From NCBI GenBank assembly GCA_965216465.1, contig CBDCFW010000006.1, positions 704,001 to 768,000 of the forward strand: a DNA stretch of 64,000 bases. The letters are read 5' to 3'. Under the pieces are notes generated by a model. That model ran no database searches. It was given only the letters and a program-made list of their open reading frames with translations, and was not told the DNA's origin. The DNA is from Bacteroidia bacterium (GTDB lineage Bacteria > Bacteroidota > Bacteroidia > NS11-12g > UBA9320). Numbering within the stretch: position 1 is the stretch's first letter; each line of letters starts with the position of its first letter. Made by a program: the position numbers and the translations under genes. Below, one piece after another: positions 60,646-64,000 of this stretch.

Positions 60646-61533
60646 ATGTTGAAAAAACTAGCACTCTTTGCATTTACACTCTTTACAATTGTTGGGTGTA
60701 TTGAGACTCTTCCTCCTGTAAACTTTGGAGGGAACAGTGCAGCTATTCTTAAAGACACAGTTTATCAGCTTCCCGAAGCAAGTATTCCTAGTCCTGACCT
60801 AAAAAACATTTTAATAGAAGACCTTACAGGAGTGAGATGTTCAAACTGCCCAACAGCAGCCGCATCAGCTAAGCAAGTGAAAGATACCTTTGGTAACAGG
60901 GTAGTTGTTTTGGGGTTATATCCTACAGACCCAAACAACTTGACTTTCCCTTATTCAGGAGATGAAGACCTAAGAAAAAAAGACGCACAATTAATCGGTG
61001 CGAATATCTACGATTTTGCAAACCAACTACCAGCTGGAGGAGTAAATAGAAGACAGTTTTCAGGCCAACCGAACCTTAACTACAATTACAACCTCTGGTT
61101 AAACGGTGCTATTGAAATTTACAACGAAGCAGCATTAGTCAATATCGAACTCACATCTACCAAAGTAGACGATTCAACATACGATGTAGGGGCTAAATTC
61201 ATTTTCACAAAAGAACCTGATTTTACTCCTTTTGTTACAATTGCTCTTCTAGAAGATCATATCACAGCCACGCAGAAACAGCCAGATAATAGTGAAGATG
61301 CTAACTACGTTCACGAACATGTCTTTCGTCAAATGTACACACCGTACAATGGAGAACCTTTAGTTCCTTCAACAGGTATGCAGCCTGATAGAGGTGTTGT
61401 AGTTGAGAAACTGTGGCAAGTGGTTGTACCAGATTATGTTAATCATGATGAAGCCAGCGTTGCAGTATTTTTGAACTATAATGATGCTGCTAGTAAAGAG
61501 GTTCTTCAATGTCTGGAAATAAAACTGAAGTAG
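60646..61533 (+). CDS. Omp28-related lipoprotein with a thioredoxin-like CxxC
   Basis: Lipobox IVGC; ILIEDLTGVRCSNCP and Y.HEHVFR. Confidence 0.8.
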   Translation: MLKKLALFAFTLFTIVGCIETLPPVNFGGNSAAILKDTVYQLPEASIPSPDLKNILIEDLTGVRCSNCPTAAASAKQVKDTFGNRVVVLGLYPTDPNNLTFPYSGDEDLRKKDAQLIGANIYDFANQLPAGGVNRRQFSGQPNLNYNYNLWLNGAIEIYNEAALVNIELTSTKVDDSTYDVGAKFIFTKEPDFTPFVTIALLEDHITATQKQPDNSEDANYVHEHVFRQMYTPYNGEPLVPSTGMQPDRGVVVEKLWQVVVPDYVNHDEASVAVFLNYNDAASKEVLQCLEIKLK

Positions 61534-62411
61534 CAAACAAGCACCTCGTCGAGGATTTTATAGCACATCTCAGTTTAGAGCGATCGCTTAGCGAAAACAC
61601 GATTTCCGCATATCGTTCTGACCTTCAAAAACTTCAAAACTATATCGAGAATAAATCGCTATTAGCGGTTGATCATCAACAAGTTGTAGGATTTCTAGAA
61701 TTTTTGGAGCAGGTGGGTTTGTCTACCCGGTCAATGGCTCGAATAATTTCAGGACTCAAGTCATTTTATAAGTACCTTCTTTCAGAAAACCAGGTAAATA
61801 CTAGTCCGCTACAAACTATCGATACACCAAAGTTAGCGAAACATCTTCCCGAAGTTTTAAGCCATGAAGAAATCACGGCTATGCTTGAGCAAATAGATTT
61901 TTCAAAAAAAGCAGGGGAGAGGAGCAAGGCTATAATTATGCTAATGTATGGATCAGGTTTGCGGGTTTCTGAGTTAATTGAGCTGAAAATGAACGACTTA
62001 TACCTAGAAGATGGATTCATTAAAGTTTTAGGAAAAGGAAACAAAGAACGACTTGTACCCATTGGGGCAAAAACTATTCGTCAGATCAATTACTACCTGA
62101 GAGGATACCGTGATGAATTTGACAAATTCAATTCGCCTTACCTCATACTCAATCAACAAGGTAAAAAACTAAGTAGAATATCCGTATTCAAGCTTATTAA
62201 AGACTTGGCTGCAAAAGCACAAATAACCAAAAACATAAGCCCACACACACTAAGGCATTCATTTGCCACTGTGCTAATTGAGGCGGGGGCGGACTTACGT
62301 GCTGTGCAACAAATGCTCGGCCACGAAAGCATAACAACAACCGAAATTTATACACATTTAGACCGAAGCTATCTTAAAACTGTAATAGAACAATTTCACC
62401 CAAGATCATGA
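61509..62411 (+). CDS. xerD: Site-specific tyrosine recombinase XerD
   Basis: SENTISAY..DL, GLRVSEL, GKGNKER, SPHTLRHSFAT, LGH..ITTTEIY and HPR. Confidence 0.9.
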   Translation: MSGNKTEVANKHLVEDFIAHLSLERSLSENTISAYRSDLQKLQNYIENKSLLAVDHQQVVGFLEFLEQVGLSTRSMARIISGLKSFYKYLLSENQVNTSPLQTIDTPKLAKHLPEVLSHEEITAMLEQIDFSKKAGERSKAIIMLMYGSGLRVSELIELKMNDLYLEDGFIKVLGKGNKERLVPIGAKTIRQINYYLRGYRDEFDKFNSPYLILNQQGKKLSRISVFKLIKDLAAKAQITKNISPHTLRHSFATVLIEAGADLRAVQQMLGHESITTTEIYTHLDRSYLKTVIEQFHPRS

Positions 62412-62713
62412 TCATATACAACGTCACATTAAGTATTCGCCCAGACCTCGAAAAAGAGGTAATTCAATGGTTAAAAGAAGAGCATATTCCTGAAGTGATG
62501 CAAACAAATCTGTTTGTTGATTACACCATGTTTAAAGTTCTAGAATCTCCTAATGCTCCAACGCATAACTCATTTGCCATTCAATACAGGCTGAATTCTT
62601 GGGAAGATTTTGAAACCTATCAAAACAACCATGCAGCTGCTTTAAAGGCTAAAACTCAAGAAAAATATGGTGAAAATGTGTTAGCCTTTCGAACTTTTTT
62701 GGAAAGTATTTAA
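62408..62713 (+). CDS. DUF4286 family protein
   Basis: MIIYNVT...W.K..HIP.V. Confidence 0.8.
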   Translation: MIIYNVTLSIRPDLEKEVIQWLKEEHIPEVMQTNLFVDYTMFKVLESPNAPTHNSFAIQYRLNSWEDFETYQNNHAAALKAKTQEKYGENVLAFRTFLESI

Positions 62714-63967
62714 AAGTCGACTCCAACCCTCAGCTGAGAGTATTGAGAACAGTATTAGGCAAGGTATAAAGAACCGTGCGGCACCAATAGGTCCTGTTAT
62801 GCCTACAAAGTAGATGCATGTAGCTATTATTATCCAATGATTCTTGGTGATATTTTTAAAGATAAATAGTCCTCCTATAACCTTCAAGATGTTGATAATC
62901 AACAACAAAACAAATAGAATGCTTAACACTGGCTTCGACCACATGGCATTAGCAAGTTCATTCCACTGACGGGCATAGAGTAACTCAGTTAGACTACGTT
63001 CAGCTGTTGGAGCTCCGGAATAGGTATAGAGCTCATAACGACCAGGATCTAATATCATCTTTACCGACCCAATAATGTGAACTTTAAGGTAGGCACCGAG
63101 ATTTTCTATTATGGCAGATTTGCCAGCTTCTTGTAAGTTGTTCTTGTACATTTTGTATTGCTGATCATCTCTTGGAATTTGATAAATATTTGAAGAGGTG
63201 AATGCCTGAGCTGAATCAAATCCATAAGCGTTGGCAATTGTAAGCTTAGCATTGTATTGAGCAATGTTTATTGTGCTTATACTGCTGTATTCTGAAACTC
63301 CAGAAAAATTCTTGTTAAGAAGTGACACCCCAATAACAACTACGATTGGTGCTAGCAAGGAGGGGATAAACCGTTTATGCCTAATCAGAACATATACAAA
63401 CGCAATCACAAAAAACGCTAAAGCGGGCATCATCACAGGTTTGACTAAAACAGCGATTATCATCAGAAGCGAAAGCAAAAGGCAGCGTGTCCTTAAGTCA
63501 AGCTTTGATGTAATTAAAATACTGATCAATACGGTTACCGAAGTCATCAAAACCAAGTCGGCCAGAATAAGTTGACTATGAATAATTAGCACAGGCGATA
63601 ATAGCATCAGCCAGGAATATATTTTATACGATAAGGTGTTGGATTTCAACGATTTAAGTACATCTAGTCCTGCAAAAAAACATAGTACAAGAAGAAGACT
63701 TTGGGCTAGGATGACAAGCCACGAAAGATTCCAATTGTAAATTTGAAAAATAGGATATCCAGGGGTGCGTTTACTATATAACCGATAATCGACTTCTTGC
63801 ATTAAATCACCGCTATAGAGTACGTTATGCTCGTAGAAATTTTGAGCTGCAAACTGATACTCAATAGAGTCAAATATCAAAGGATAAGGTTGAGTTGAGC
63901 TATAAATGCTAGCCCCAACTATTAATAGCAAAAAAGCTATGAAGTGCTTCTTCAATCCTGATGACAT
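62681..63967 (-). CDS. Multi-pass membrane protein, GT-C/ArnT-like glycosyltransferase candidate
   Basis: DS..Y, RTPGYP, VKP and ARF motifs with many TM helices. Confidence 0.6.
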   Translation of the reverse strand: MSSGLKKHFIAFLLLIVGASIYSSTQPYPLIFDSIEYQFAAQNFYEHNVLYSGDLMQEVDYRLYSKRTPGYPIFQIYNWNLSWLVILAQSLLLVLCFFAGLDVLKSLKSNTLSYKIYSWLMLLSPVLIIHSQLILADLVLMTSVTVLISILITSKLDLRTRCLLLSLLMIIAVLVKPVMMPALAFFVIAFVYVLIRHKRFIPSLLAPIVVVIGVSLLNKNFSGVSEYSSISTINIAQYNAKLTIANAYGFDSAQAFTSSNIYQIPRDDQQYKMYKNNLQEAGKSAIIENLGAYLKVHIIGSVKMILDPGRYELYTYSGAPTAERSLTELLYARQWNELANAMWSKPVLSILFVLLLIINILKVIGGLFIFKNITKNHWIIIATCIYFVGITGPIGAARFFIPCLILFSILSAEGWSRLLNTFQKSSKG

Positions 63968-64000
63968 TTAACAAAGCTGCAAGAAATCTATCTTAATTCA

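Noticed and set aside
61509-62411. Tyrosine recombinase as a phage or ICE integrase
   Set aside because: It has XerD size and motifs and overlaps housekeeping neighbours; no att sites or cargo

Overview
Core-chromosome window from an AT-rich Bacteroidota genome. The evidence is TAnnTTTG -7 promoter boxes, no Shine-Dalgarno signals, T9SS cargo proteins and the DUF4270/DUF2851/DUF3109/DUF6029/Omp28 families. It is mostly housekeeping: dusB, carB, mnmA, purK-purE, class II RNR nrdJ, GGGP synthase, cysS, sod, pyrF, asd, aroF, panC, tRNA-fMet, era-der, pheS, mnmG, ybeY and xerD. It very probably contains the replication origin, an AT-rich gap with clustered DnaA boxes at 53.9-54.3 kb, with two parS-like sites beside mnmG. 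Features missing from the ORF track are a ~190-nt 6S-RNA-like hairpin (9046-9233), two small membrane ORFs (900-1064 and 5866-6012), several operator-like palindromes, a probable ATT start for the GGGP synthase and many apparently leaderless genes. The best candidate for an uncharacterised system is a YceI / outer-membrane beta-barrel / YceI operon (43030-45660) preceded by three phased Crp/Fnr-type boxes; it is divergent from a dinB-dnaE mutagenesis cassette that has no imuA/imuB. No CRISPR array, IS element or prophage was seen. Family names come from recognising motifs by eye, not from database searches.
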